DNA from: a virus
IMG/VR virus record: IMGVR_UViG_3300030117_007501
Coordinates: 32,001-96,000 of that record
Direction: 5' to 3' (one strand)
DNA length: 64,000 nucleotides
The number at the start of each line of letters is the position of its first letter. Within the stretch, counting starts at the first letter, position 1. Of the stretch, positions 40,230 to 49,702 are shown piece after piece. Position numbers and translations under genes: made by a program. The notes under the pieces were generated by a model. The model searched no databases and had not been told where the DNA came from. It saw only the letters and a list, made by a program, of their open reading frames with translations.

Positions 40230-40580
40230 ATGCAGAACCCTAGATCTAAAAACAATAAAACACACCAATATAGTCTTGCTAGAGAACTCAGAAATTCTAG
40301 AAAAACAACTGAGCAATTTGAAATGATGCTTTCTAATCTAAAACTAGAAGAGATAATAGCTCTTAAGTTAGAATTGTCAGCTGGCCCCTTAAAAGGTAAA
40401 TTGTTTGGGTTTCCATTGTGGAATTCTTCTTTTCATATTGTTAAAAGCGCATTAATTAATTTTGCTCTGTCAGCTGCCTCATCTCATAAAGAGGCAGCAA
40501 ACATACTTGGAATAAGCCTCTCAGAATTAAGAAAAAGCATTAAACAATTTAATATTAAGCAATCAGGAGATGAGAAGTGA
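40230..40580 (+). CDS. Protein with Fis-like HTH
   Basis: ALSAASSHKEAANILGISLSELRK. Confidence 0.6.
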   Translation: MQNPRSKNNKTHQYSLARELRNSRKTTEQFEMMLSNLKLEEIIALKLELSAGPLKGKLFGFPLWNSSFHIVKSALINFALSAASSHKEAANILGISLSELRKSIKQFNIKQSGDEK

Positions 40581-41020
40581 CAAATTTATTTTTATTAATA
40601 TCGCTATTGGTGCCTACGTTAGCACCGCCAAAAGTTGAGGCTGTTAAACCACCAAAAATCCCAACTATTAAAGAAGCTTCATTGGACGAGGTTTTTAAGT
40701 ATTGTCCAGTTTTATCAGAAAGTTATTCAATGCCAAAAACAATATATGATCCGGGCCCGGCGGTGCACTTGATCAAGCTTGATAATTGCTTAGAAACAAA
40801 GTCACTACTAGTGGTTTCCTGGGTAGGTAAAAGCAGAAATTTAGAAAGAATTTTTACAGAATTGGTAGTCACTCATTATGCGTTGTTTGTGGCAGAAAAA
40901 ACAAAGGAAAAGACAACAGTCGAATATGTCAACACTAAATCTCAAAAGCCTGTAGATCCTAGATTGCCAGCTGACTTTGAGGGTATGGCTAATTTTGCTT
41001 TTTACATTTTAAAGAACTAG
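40577..41020 (+). CDS. Exported hypothetical
   Basis: N-terminal signal peptide. Confidence 0.55.
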   Translation: MTNLFLLISLLVPTLAPPKVEAVKPPKIPTIKEASLDEVFKYCPVLSESYSMPKTIYDPGPAVHLIKLDNCLETKSLLVVSWVGKSRNLERIFTELVVTHYALFVAEKTKEKTTVEYVNTKSQKPVDPRLPADFEGMANFAFYILKN

Positions 41021-41119
41021 TTAATTATGAAAGCTTTCAGACAGCTTTCAAGCAAGTTTTTATAGTTCTTTTTGTTTTGTCGCTAATAGTCTCGAGCCAA
41101 AAAAAGATTAAATCATATT

Positions 41120-41145
41120 AGGCACGTCGATTGGCGTGCCTTTTT
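41120..41145 (+). terminator. Intrinsic terminator
   Basis: GGCACGTC-GATT-GGCGTGCC followed by T5. Confidence 0.7.
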
Positions 41146-41205
41146 ATGTTTGCTGAAATAATTACTATACAACGTTGAAGACGAAGACACAAGGAGAGGA
41201 TATAA

Positions 41206-41535
41206 ATGCCAAAATTCAATGGACAAAACAAAAAGAAAATAGATCCAAGATACTTCATGGACGAAAAGAAGGAAACTATCTCAGAGTCAAAAGAAGAGGT
41301 AAAAGCCGAAGGGCAATATCCATCCCCCAGTGGAGATTCAGTCACAGACGAAGACGTGGTAAGATCAGTATACAATCTTTTAAAAGATAACCAAAGTTCA
41401 GGTTATCGAGCACTTGCCGGCAGGTTCATGGAAATGATGAAAGAGCGGGGAGTGATATCACAAGAATCAGGAGAAGAAATGGACAAGAGTTACAAAGCTC
41501 GTGCTGCCCGCCTAGCGGGTATACCAGGAATCTAA
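41206..41535 (+). CDS. Hypothetical (KKIDPRYF motif)
   Basis: GAGGA SD upstream. Confidence 0.65.
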   Translation: MPKFNGQNKKKIDPRYFMDEKKETISESKEEVKAEGQYPSPSGDSVTDEDVVRSVYNLLKDNQSSGYRALAGRFMEMMKERGVISQESGEEMDKSYKARAARLAGIPGI

Positions 41536-41561
41536 AACAACACCCTAGGGAGACTATTAAT

Positions 41562-41660
41562 ATGAAGAATTTTATGCACAAACTATTGAACCTTTTTAAC
41601 CCAAAGCACTGCTGCTGCTGTTGCGGATGTTGCGCATGCGAGAAGGCTTGTTGTAGTTAA
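41562..41660 (+). CDS. 32-aa Cys-rich, metallothionein-like peptide (absent from ORF track)
   Basis: MKNFMHKLLNLFNPKHCCCCCGCCACEKACCS*; GGGAG SD; fills the gap between neighbouring genes. Confidence 0.6.
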   Translation: MKNFMHKLLNLFNPKHCCCCCGCCACEKACCS

Positions 41661-41662
41661 TA

Positions 41663-42821
41663 ATGAAACTCATAGTAGAAAACTGGAGACGCTATATCAA
41701 GGAGGGCTTGGAAGAGAGGAGAGCAGATGCAAAACTTTTTTTCGATGCTCAAGATGGTACGTTGAGAGAGTTGATATTAGCATGGATAGAAGAATCCCTT
41801 CCTCCAGAAGGAGTGAAGAGATATCATTCTCGAGATGATAGGTGGGCTGGTTCCGATTTTGCTCGAGCAGAAGCTCAAAGATATATTTCAGAGTATTTTC
41901 CAAACTCCCCAATAGAAGGTATGATGAACACCAACGCTGCCGACAGTGAGGGTGATAATTGGAGATCAGTTGGTATAGAGCCGCTGGACTATGATGCATT
42001 CTTAAGTTTTGACACCCTAATACAAACTATAAAAAGTATGTATGAAGACAGTCGAATGAGCATACTTCACAACGATTTGATGAAATTGGGGAGTCATAAA
42101 TACCCTGGAGGTATCGTACACTATTCGTTGTTGTATTTTGGCAGAGAACTGATATCAGCAAAGAAAAGATATGAAAGGAGAAGGCAATGAAAGATATAAT
42201 GGAAAATTTCCGAAATAACGTAATCAATGAGAAGATAGGTGAAGCTAGGGGTTCTACTGCCGGCGAAGGTATGCCTCTCAAGCGCGCTTTTGAGTATGCT
42301 ATAGAATACGCCGCCTCAAAAGGACAGAATTTCTCAGGAGCGTTAGGGCATGCTCAAAAGGTAAGACTTAGAAATTGGGTTCGAGATAACGTTGCAAATG
42401 AAAATATGTCAGATCCAGTTGCCGAGGAAGCTATTAGAGCGGCTATAGATTCTAAGGTAGCTTATAGATAATGAAAATGAAACTCATAATGGAAAGTTTC
42501 AGAGCAAACATGGGGCTTACTCAGTCTATGGGTATCGGAGGCAATTACGATAATGAGTCAGAGGCAGCTATAGATCCTAATGCAAGGCAGATTATTCATG
42601 GCGAGGTTACCACAAAAATAGAGGAAATAGGCATGGATTGGATTCTTGACGATATAAGCGATGATTTATTTGCTCTTGGGGATCAGTCAAAAAGCTCTGG
42701 AGAATACAGAGAAAAAATTAAAGATTACCTAAACAGCAAGGCTGATGAATTTGGATATTCTAATTTAGGTGATGAAGTGTTTGAAGAGAGGGGGACTAGT
42801 GATCAATCCATGGATGTCTAG
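41663..42821 (+). CDS. Class-B leader proteins 41663-42190, 42187-42471, 42471-42821
   Basis: MKLIVENWRRYIKE, MKDIMENFRNNVINE, MKLIMESFR. Confidence 0.7.
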
Positions 42822-43344
42822 ACTAGAAATAGAGACGATAGAGAAATATCTAAAACCTAGCTTTAAAATGCTTGAATACGGCTCAGGCGGGAGCACTCTT
42901 TACTTTTCGAGATTGGTACAAGAGTATTATAGTGTCGAGCACGATGCGGAGTGGTACGAAAAAATAACAAAAATCTTAAAAAACACAGAAAACAAAATCT
43001 GCAAGTACAGCCTAGTGGAAGTAGCAAAAGAGGATATCAAACCAGCGCCTGTACAGCAAACACCAGTGCCATGGTCCCAACTTGAAACTTCAGACTATTA
43101 TTATCTTTTTGAAAAATATATCAAAGAGCCTTCTAAATTTGGTGCCAAATTTGATGCTGTTTTGATCGATGGCCGTGCTCGCCCGGAGTGCGCAAAATTT
43201 ATTTACAATTTTTTATCCCCGAACGCATATGTTTTTATACATGATTATTGGCCGCGGCTTTATTATCATGTTGTAGAGGATCAATATAGAGTAATAGATC
43301 ACGTGAAAGCCGGTCAAAGCTTGGTGGTATTGCAGATAAGATGA
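42799..43344 (+). CDS. Class I SAM-dependent methyltransferase-like protein
   Basis: MLEYGSGGST, SVEHD, FDAVLIDGRAR, FIHDY. Confidence 0.8.
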   Translation: MINPWMSRLEIETIEKYLKPSFKMLEYGSGGSTLYFSRLVQEYYSVEHDAEWYEKITKILKNTENKICKYSLVEVAKEDIKPAPVQQTPVPWSQLETSDYYYLFEKYIKEPSKFGAKFDAVLIDGRARPECAKFIYNFLSPNAYVFIHDYWPRLYYHVVEDQYRVIDHVKAGQSLVVLQIR

Positions 43345-43358
43345 GGATAAACAAATAG

Positions 43359-43661
43359 GGGGGTGATCAGGTTTCGACAGGGTAAGGATAATAATACGTG
43401 CAAGGATGTGTGGGTAGGCACAGTAAAAATACCCAAAACTATAAATGCAAACGATGATATCGAAGCAATGGGGGAGGTGGCATTAGCCGCATAACCCAGA
43501 GGGTTTTCCAGATACCCTTCTAACCCAACATCTGGATTTGTTATATTTGATAATTTACATATTTGTGACTTATAGCTGTCTGAAGCTAGAATCAGACTAA
43601 CCTTGTGAATGACGTATTATTTGAGATGTTCTGGACGCGGGTTCGACTCCCGCCACCTCCA
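43359..43661 (+). ncRNA. ssrA: tmRNA
   Basis: Acceptor GGGGGTG/CACCTCC-A with G3.U; TTCGAC; T-arm GCGGG-TTCGACT-CCCGC; tag ORF 43447-43494 ANDDIEAMGEVALAA* after ATAAAT. Confidence 0.95.
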
Positions 43662-43671
43662 CTAACTTTTC

Positions 43672-43700
43672 TTGACATTATAATAATTAATTATTATAAT
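43672..43700 (+). promoter_or_regulatory. Consensus sigma70 promoter; probably a leaderless iscU transcript
   Basis: TTGACA-17 nt-TATAAT, then ATG 6 nt later with no SD. Confidence 0.8.
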
Positions 43701-43706
43701 TAAAGT

Positions 43707-44096
43707 ATGGCATATTCAAAAGAAGTAATAGAGCACTTCGAAAATCCTAGGAACGTAGGATCATTAGATAAAGATGACAACTCTGTGGGAACAGGTATTG
43801 TTGGTGCCCCTGCTTGTGGGGATGTCATGAAGCTTCAAATCAAAGTAAATAATGACGGTGTAATTGAGGATGCAAAATTCAAAACATACGGTTGTGGTTC
43901 TGCTATAGCCTCTTCATCTTTGGTGACGGAATGGATAAAAGGTAAAACACTGGATGATGCCAAAAAAATAAAAAACAAAGATATAGCAAATCACCTTTCG
44001 CTTCCGCCTGTAAAAATACACTGCTCTGTTCTGGCAGAGGATGCCATAAAATCTGCTATTGAAGACTACAGGAGCAAAAATGATAACATTGACTGA
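43707..44096 (+). CDS. iscU: Fe-S cluster scaffold
   Basis: MAYS...ENPRNVG, GAPACGDVMKLQI, KTYGCGSAIASSS, LPPVKIHCSVLAEDA. Confidence 0.97.
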   Translation: MAYSKEVIEHFENPRNVGSLDKDDNSVGTGIVGAPACGDVMKLQIKVNNDGVIEDAKFKTYGCGSAIASSSLVTEWIKGKTLDDAKKIKNKDIANHLSLPPVKIHCSVLAEDAIKSAIEDYRSKNDNID

Positions 44097-44394
44097 ATTT
44101 GCAGCGAATAAGATTAAAACACTTCTTGCCGAAAAGCAAGAAACCGGCATTCGTGCCGGCATCAGGGGCGGGGGATGTTCTGGTTTTACTTATAAATTGG
44201 AATTTGATAATCAAGCCGAAAATGACAGAGTAATAGAAAGCCATGGGGTTAGTCTCTATGTGGATGCAAAGAGTTACTTGTATTTAATGGGAACTGAGAT
44301 AGATTTTGTAGATGAGCTGAACCAGTCTGGATTTCGGTTTGTGAACCCAAACGCGAAAAGAACGTGCGGCTGCGGTGAGTCTTTCTCTGTTTAG
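44080..44394 (+). CDS. iscA: A-type Fe-S carrier (HesB/IscA)
   Basis: GGGCSGF, NPNAKRTCGCGESF. Confidence 0.95.
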   Translation: MITLTEFAANKIKTLLAEKQETGIRAGIRGGGCSGFTYKLEFDNQAENDRVIESHGVSLYVDAKSYLYLMGTEIDFVDELNQSGFRFVNPNAKRTCGCGESFSV

Positions 44395-44409
44395 GTACTA
44401 ATTAATAAT

Positions 44410-46079
44410 ATGAAGCTTATAATGGAAAATTGGCGAAAGTTTGTTAACGAGGCTGAAAAAGATAATCCCTGCTGGGATGGGTATGAAATGATTGGCACTA
44501 AGATGAAGGATGGAAAAGAAGTTCCAAATTGTGTGCCAAAAGAGGATTCCTTAACTGAAGAAGATGAGCCCATTGAAGAAAAAGTCGACAAAGACTCCAT
44601 GCCATGTAACGAGCCTCGCACAACAAAGAGTCACAAAGGAAAATCACACGTCGTAAAAGCTTGTGAGGATGGTGTAGAGAAAATAATACCCTTCGGAGAG
44701 AAAGGCGCTAAAACAGCGGGCAAGCCAAAAAAGGGTGAAAGCGAAAAAATGAAAAAAAAGAGAAAGAGTTTTAAGTCCCGTCACGCCAAGAATATCAAAA
44801 AAGGTAAAATGTCCGCTGCATATTGGGCTGACAAGGTGAAGTGGTAAATACATGAAACGTATAATGGAAAATTTTCGAAAATTCATCGATGCCGGTGGAG
44901 AAGCAGCTGCCAACCCAGAAGCGAATTTACCAGAAGAGGCTAAGCAAGCGGTTGCAACTATCTCATATTTTCTTGGTTATATAGAAAAATTACAAAAAGA
45001 AATAGAATTGTATGGGCGCGATAGCGCTTCAGAAAGGCCTGTGGCATTTCCTAGAGGCATGCATGAATTGTATAAGGTTCTTAAGTCTGTAGCCTACAAT
45101 GTGAGAACGTTTCATTATGATTTGTTTAGTGGAGAATATCCCCTTATTGAAGATATTTCGTTTGAATTTAAAGAACTCGGCTACCTCGACGCCGAGGATA
45201 AAGTAAGGAATGATGTCTTTGTCTCGCTTTTAGACTTGGAGAGTATGTTCTTTCAAGAGGTTGTTGAAACTGGTATGAGTTTTGATAGTGCCGTAGGCAT
45301 AATGAACGATGAACTCTCTAGTGAAAGATTTCAAAGATACGAGGCGGGATCCCACGAGAACACTAAAGGAAAAGTAAGAGAAATTTCAAATATTGTCAAA
45401 AATGACAATGAAGCACAGCTGGCTTTAGATGATTTTATGCATGATAGCCAGAGGAGACATCGAAGGAACTAGGGGTTCGACTTTTAATGTTTCCGTTAGC
45501 GAGGTTATTTAATATATGAAGATTATAATGGAAGGTTGGAGAAGCTACTTGAATGAATCTAGATTCAAGGGGTTCGAGAGAGAGCTTAAGAACAAGGTGT
45601 TTCCTCATTTACCGGATTTTGTGTTTAACGACATGTACGGACACGAAGGCGTAAAAGATTATGCTGTTGAAAGGACTGAAGACATAAACAAGATAGGGTT
45701 AGAAAAGTTCTTCAAGACAGATGAGTTTGCAAAAAGTGTTTACGATAGATACAACCTGCAGTGGACTAAGAAGCCTGTTGTTTTGGAGTTGGAATGGGAA
45801 GATATAAACTCAGAAGAGAGAAACTTTTTGATGAACAAACACTTGGGTAAAAATCCAAACTTTCCTATGGATAAATACAGAGAGAAAATTAACCGCATTC
45901 AGACAACCACCCCAGGTTTGGGAGCCGGCGATCATGAGCCTGTTATATTCAAGATGGAGGGAGATAGTGTCGTTGATATTTTAGGCGGCCGCCATAGAAC
46001 TTTTGCTTCTTTTCTTGATGAAGAAGGAGAAATTAAACCGGGCCCAATTAAAATAAAGGCTTATATCGGAAGAGTGTAG
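44410..46079 (+). CDS. Class-B leader proteins 44410-44847 (CWxGY...VPNCV; SAAYW), 44852-45472, 45516-46079 (ParB/Srx-like PV...GGRHR)
   Basis: MKLIMENWRKFVNE, MKRIMENFRKFI, MKIIMEGWRSYLNE. Confidence 0.7.
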
Positions 46080-46236
46080 CTGTATCATGTTTGAGTTGAA
46101 TGAAATTATCTTTTGGACAATAATCTTTGTTACCCTTTACGTTACGAGGGACAGTTGCAAACATAGGTAGCTGAAAATATTGCCTATAAGTCACCTACAC
46201 GTAACACCATCTCTCTTTCTATTACATACTTAAAGT

Positions 46237-46527
46237 ATGAAGCTTATTTTATACATAATATTGTTAATCTTGCCTTGTTCCGTTGGCGCTGAGCCAAAAC
46301 TTTGGTTTTCTAATAAATTTGAGGTTGGCTATGATAAGGTATTTGTGGGTGAAAAGGTAACAATCGATAATGGCGTGTTCGTAAAGAATTCCTTATGTGC
46401 AGGTTTAAAATTCAAACTATCAGATGCCGTGCAGTACAAAACGTTCTACCTACTGCAAAATTCAAAAAAACAAAAATGGGCAAACGAACACTTTCTTGGT
46501 GCTGAAATATCTTTTAAGATGAAGTAG
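46237..46527 (+). CDS. Exported beta-strand protein
   Basis: Signal peptide; alternating beta pattern ending GAEISFKMK. Confidence 0.5.
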   Translation: MKLILYIILLILPCSVGAEPKLWFSNKFEVGYDKVFVGEKVTIDNGVFVKNSLCAGLKFKLSDAVQYKTFYLLQNSKKQKWANEHFLGAEISFKMK

Positions 46528-46554
46528 AATTTTGCGCTTAGCCATAATTAAAGT

Positions 46555-46947
46555 ATGCAATTAACAAAAAACTTTCATATTGACGAATTTAAGTGCAGAG
46601 ACGGCTCGCCAGTGCCCGATGAATATTTGGAAAACGTAAAGCTGTTGGCAGAAAATTTACAGGCACTAAGAGATAAAATAGGAATACCTATAAAAATAAC
46701 ATCAGGTTATCGATCACTGGAATACAACACAAAGATAGACGGCGCAAAAAGAAGTCAGCACTTGCTGGCTAAAGCTGGAGATTTAATAGTAAGAGGAATA
46801 ACAACAACAGAGCTAAGAGATGTTATTTTAGAACTAATAGAAGATGGGCAGATGTTGGAGGGTGGAGTTGGACTTTACAGACATTTTGTACATTATGATG
46901 TTAGAGGGTATAAGCGCCGCTGGTACGGCAAGGGAATGAGACCCTAG
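46555..46947 (+). CDS. Peptidase M15A (candidate endolysin)
   Basis: NFHIDEFKC, TSGYRS..YN, SQHL..KAGD, FVHYDVRG. Confidence 0.88.
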   Translation: MQLTKNFHIDEFKCRDGSPVPDEYLENVKLLAENLQALRDKIGIPIKITSGYRSLEYNTKIDGAKRSQHLLAKAGDLIVRGITTTELRDVILELIEDGQMLEGGVGLYRHFVHYDVRGYKRRWYGKGMRP

Positions 46948-46958
46948 AGGCTTAAGGG

Positions 46959-47621
46959 ATGGCAAAAACAAAAATCAATCCAAAAACTTTAGACTGGGAC
47001 GAGGTGCCAGACGGAACTATCGCATCTGGTGCAAATCTAGGGCTAGATTCGAACGACAACTTAGTTAAAGCCTCCGTCAGCGGCGGTGGCGGTGGCGGAA
47101 CAGATACTCAAAACATTACACTTGTCGGCTCTGCATATGGGTATAATAATTATACACACAGATACACCGTGCATGAAAACGGCTCTTCAACATCGACATT
47201 GGGGACTAAGTGGACGGAGTACAAGGCTGGTTGGGGCGGCCCAACCAGTACGAGCGTTTCTACTACGGGTGTGGAGGCATTAGCAAACTGGGCATGCTGG
47301 ATAGCGCCAGAGGATTGCACTCTTAAGGATTTTTATGGGGCGTATACATCAGATAACGGAAGTATTGACGTTTACCTGTCTTTGTGGCAGGCATCTCCCT
47401 CGAATCAGGACACCAGCGTTACTTGGACTAGAAGAGCTTTTGTCACTAGATCTGGCGGCTCAATAACTTCTGGCGGCTTAACGCCCGTATCTAGTACTGG
47501 TATGAGCGTGAGTGTCACGGCAGGAGACTTGTTCGCTGTGGCATTATCGGGTGAAACAGGTTCAGATTCTGGAGCTTTAGGGAATGTATTTTTTACTGCT
47601 GCCATTAAGGTAGAGGTGTAA
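46959..47621 (+). CDS. G/S/T-rich putative virion/fibre protein
   Basis: Gly linker followed by a beta-sandwich-like C-terminus (VTAGDL). Confidence 0.5.
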   Translation: MAKTKINPKTLDWDEVPDGTIASGANLGLDSNDNLVKASVSGGGGGGTDTQNITLVGSAYGYNNYTHRYTVHENGSSTSTLGTKWTEYKAGWGGPTSTSVSTTGVEALANWACWIAPEDCTLKDFYGAYTSDNGSIDVYLSLWQASPSNQDTSVTWTRRAFVTRSGGSITSGGLTPVSSTGMSVSVTAGDLFAVALSGETGSDSGALGNVFFTAAIKVEV

Positions 47622-47627
47622 AAGTAT

Positions 47628-47656
47628 TTGACATTTTATTATACATGAAGTATAAT
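47628..47656 (+). promoter_or_regulatory. Consensus sigma70 promoter for the tilS region
   Basis: TTGACA-17 nt-TATAAT. Confidence 0.85.
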
Positions 47657-47679
47657 ATATTACATTGAAAAGGTACGCT

Positions 47680-47856
47680 ATGAAAACAAGAAAATACATT
47701 GCAACATTTTACAACAAGTCTAGCGAAGAGCGTAGAGACATCGATTACGAAAGACTAACTTTCCCTGAAGCCTTTACTGCCGCAAACCACCAAAGGCTGG
47801 TTTGGGGTTACGGGTGGGAAATAGAGAAAATCTCGAAGGAACTATTAAGCAACTAA
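47680..47856 (+). CDS. Hypothetical
   Basis: AAGG SD; lies between the promoter and tilS. Confidence 0.5.
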   Translation: MKTRKYIATFYNKSSEERRDIDYERLTFPEAFTAANHQRLVWGYGWEIEKISKELLSN

Positions 47857-47874
47857 TGGACGAAGACTTTAGAT

Positions 47875-48492
47875 ATGATTCGAATTATAGGAAAAATACC
47901 ACGAAGAGTGACTGTTGCTTGCTCTGGTGGAATCGATTCAATGTCGATAGTCAACTTTCTACTGGAAGGTAGGAGAAAGGTGCATTTAGCCTATTTTAAT
48001 CACGACACTCCCCACTCTCGAGAAGCTGAACAATTTGTAAAAAGATATGCCGCAAAAAATAAATTAACATTAACTGTTGGAAGAGTTAAGGGTTCTCGCG
48101 GCAAGCAGTCCCTTGAAGAGTTTTGGAGAAATGAAAGATATAATTTTCTTACAAGCTTGGGAGATAATTTTGTTATAACATGTCACCATCTGGATGATGT
48201 TGTGGAAACATGGTTGTTTAAGTGCCTGCATGGAAATCCAGGCTTAATTCCTTACAGGAGGGAACCGAACATATATCGCCCATTCCTGATGACGGATAAA
48301 AATTCAATAATCTCATACGCAGAGAGAAAATCAGTTGAATGGATTGACGATCCTTCCAACAGGATGACAAAAAACATAATGAGAAATCACATTAGGCACA
48401 ATGTTATGCCTCAAATTTTAAAGGTTAACCCTGGAATAAGAACAACTATTCGTAAAAAATTAATTGAAAGTCACACTAAAGATAGTGTATAA
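47875..48492 (+). CDS. tilS: tRNA(Ile)-lysidine synthetase (catalytic domain only)
   Basis: PP-loop SGGIDS, NH, E..R..RY, HHLDDVVET, RPFL, WIDDPSN, RNHIRH. Confidence 0.9.
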   Translation: MIRIIGKIPRRVTVACSGGIDSMSIVNFLLEGRRKVHLAYFNHDTPHSREAEQFVKRYAAKNKLTLTVGRVKGSRGKQSLEEFWRNERYNFLTSLGDNFVITCHHLDDVVETWLFKCLHGNPGLIPYRREPNIYRPFLMTDKNSIISYAERKSVEWIDDPSNRMTKNIMRNHIRHNVMPQILKVNPGIRTTIRKKLIESHTKDSV

Positions 48493-48501
48493 TAAAACAA
48501 T

Positions 48502-48578
48502 GGACCTCTAGCTCAATTGGTTAGAGCATCCGGCTCATAACCGGCAGGTTCACGGTTCAAGTCCGTGGGGGTCCACCA
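48502..48578 (+). tRNA. tRNA with CAT anticodon, most likely tRNA-Ile2
   Basis: Acceptor GGACCTC/GGGGTCC, loop CTCATAA, encoded CCA; lacks initiator features; 9 nt after tilS. Confidence 0.85.
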
Positions 48579-48606
48579 AATATTATGTAGGAGAAGAAAA
48601 AAAGCA

Positions 48607-49245
48607 ATGGAAGACTTATATTGGACATCTGGTGGTCGCAAGAGAGACAAAGAGTTTCGAGACTCTGATGGAGGCTACGGTTCCGGCGGCGCGAATGGAG
48701 GAAACAGCAATAACATTGTAGATGTTTCAAATAATAGAATATTCTTCTATTCAACAGTCGATAGGGGGAAAGTGCTAAAGTTGAATAAAGCACTGCTTAG
48801 CTTGGGAATTAGCATGTCACATAGGGCACTTCACTTGGAGACAGACGTCGTACCGATTAGGCTCCACATTAATAGCTATGGAGGTTCCGTCTTTTCGGGA
48901 TTTGCAGCAATTGATTATATCCTACAATCAAAGGTGCCGGTACATACTGTCATTGATGGTTGTGCTGCCTCCGCAGCCACACTGATGAGTGTAGTGGGAG
49001 CAAAAAGATATATGCACAGGAATTCGTTTATGCTTATTCACCAATTGTCCAGTGGGATGTGGGGAACTTATCGACAACTTCAGGATGATATGGAAAATTG
49101 TGACGTTTTGATGGATAGGATTCGTGAAATATATAAGAGACACACTAAGATTCCTAAAACAAAGCTAAATGAACTACTTAAACATGACTTGTGGTGGGAT
49201 GCCGAGACTTGCCTCAAGTATGGAATGATAGATGAGATTATCTAA
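48607..49245 (+). CDS. ClpP-family (S14) protease
   Basis: HINSYGGSV, CAASAATL, MLIHQ, HDLWWDAETCLKYGMIDEI. Confidence 0.85.
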   Translation: MEDLYWTSGGRKRDKEFRDSDGGYGSGGANGGNSNNIVDVSNNRIFFYSTVDRGKVLKLNKALLSLGISMSHRALHLETDVVPIRLHINSYGGSVFSGFAAIDYILQSKVPVHTVIDGCAASAATLMSVVGAKRYMHRNSFMLIHQLSSGMWGTYRQLQDDMENCDVLMDRIREIYKRHTKIPKTKLNELLKHDLWWDAETCLKYGMIDEII

Positions 49246-49262
49246 GAAGAGGTAAAAAGCAA

Positions 49263-49559
49263 ATGTCTAGATCAATAACAGAAGAAGAATCAAAGAATCT
49301 CCTAAAAGATATCATGGGTGATTACTTAAATGAGCTGGGGATTAATTGGGATAATCATAAGAGAGTGCCAAAAAAGGATGATACCTTCCGCATAACTGCC
49401 GAAGCGCTGTCTTTGCCCGCGCTCATCCACCTTTCGGAACACAAGAACGTAAGAAATGTTTATTTCCATCCATCAGTTTCTCCACCCGGCAAGGGCGACG
49501 TGATATCAATGCGATATCGAGTTTATATTGAATATAAGAAGATAGAAGATGAAAAATAG
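49263..49559 (+). CDS. Hypothetical
   Basis: GAGG SD upstream. Confidence 0.55.
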   Translation: MSRSITEEESKNLLKDIMGDYLNELGINWDNHKRVPKKDDTFRITAEALSLPALIHLSEHKNVRNVYFHPSVSPPGKGDVISMRYRVYIEYKKIEDEK

Positions 49560-49702
49560 AGACAAGAGCATCGAAAAGCTCAAGATGGAGATTGAGGAAT
49601 TGATACGAGAGATAGACAGTGCAAAAAAGAAAAATTCACCTGCACACGCAAAGCGACTTAACTTAATTAAAGAAATGAAAGAGCGCAAGTTGCAAAATTG
49701 GA

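Noticed and set aside
48502-48578. Initiator tRNA-fMet
   Set aside because: G1-C72 is paired and the anticodon stem lacks the GGG/CCC run; adjacency to tilS favours Ile2.
48565-48606. Track start of the ClpP-like ORF at 48565
   Set aside because: It lies inside the tRNA; ATG 48607 is more plausible.
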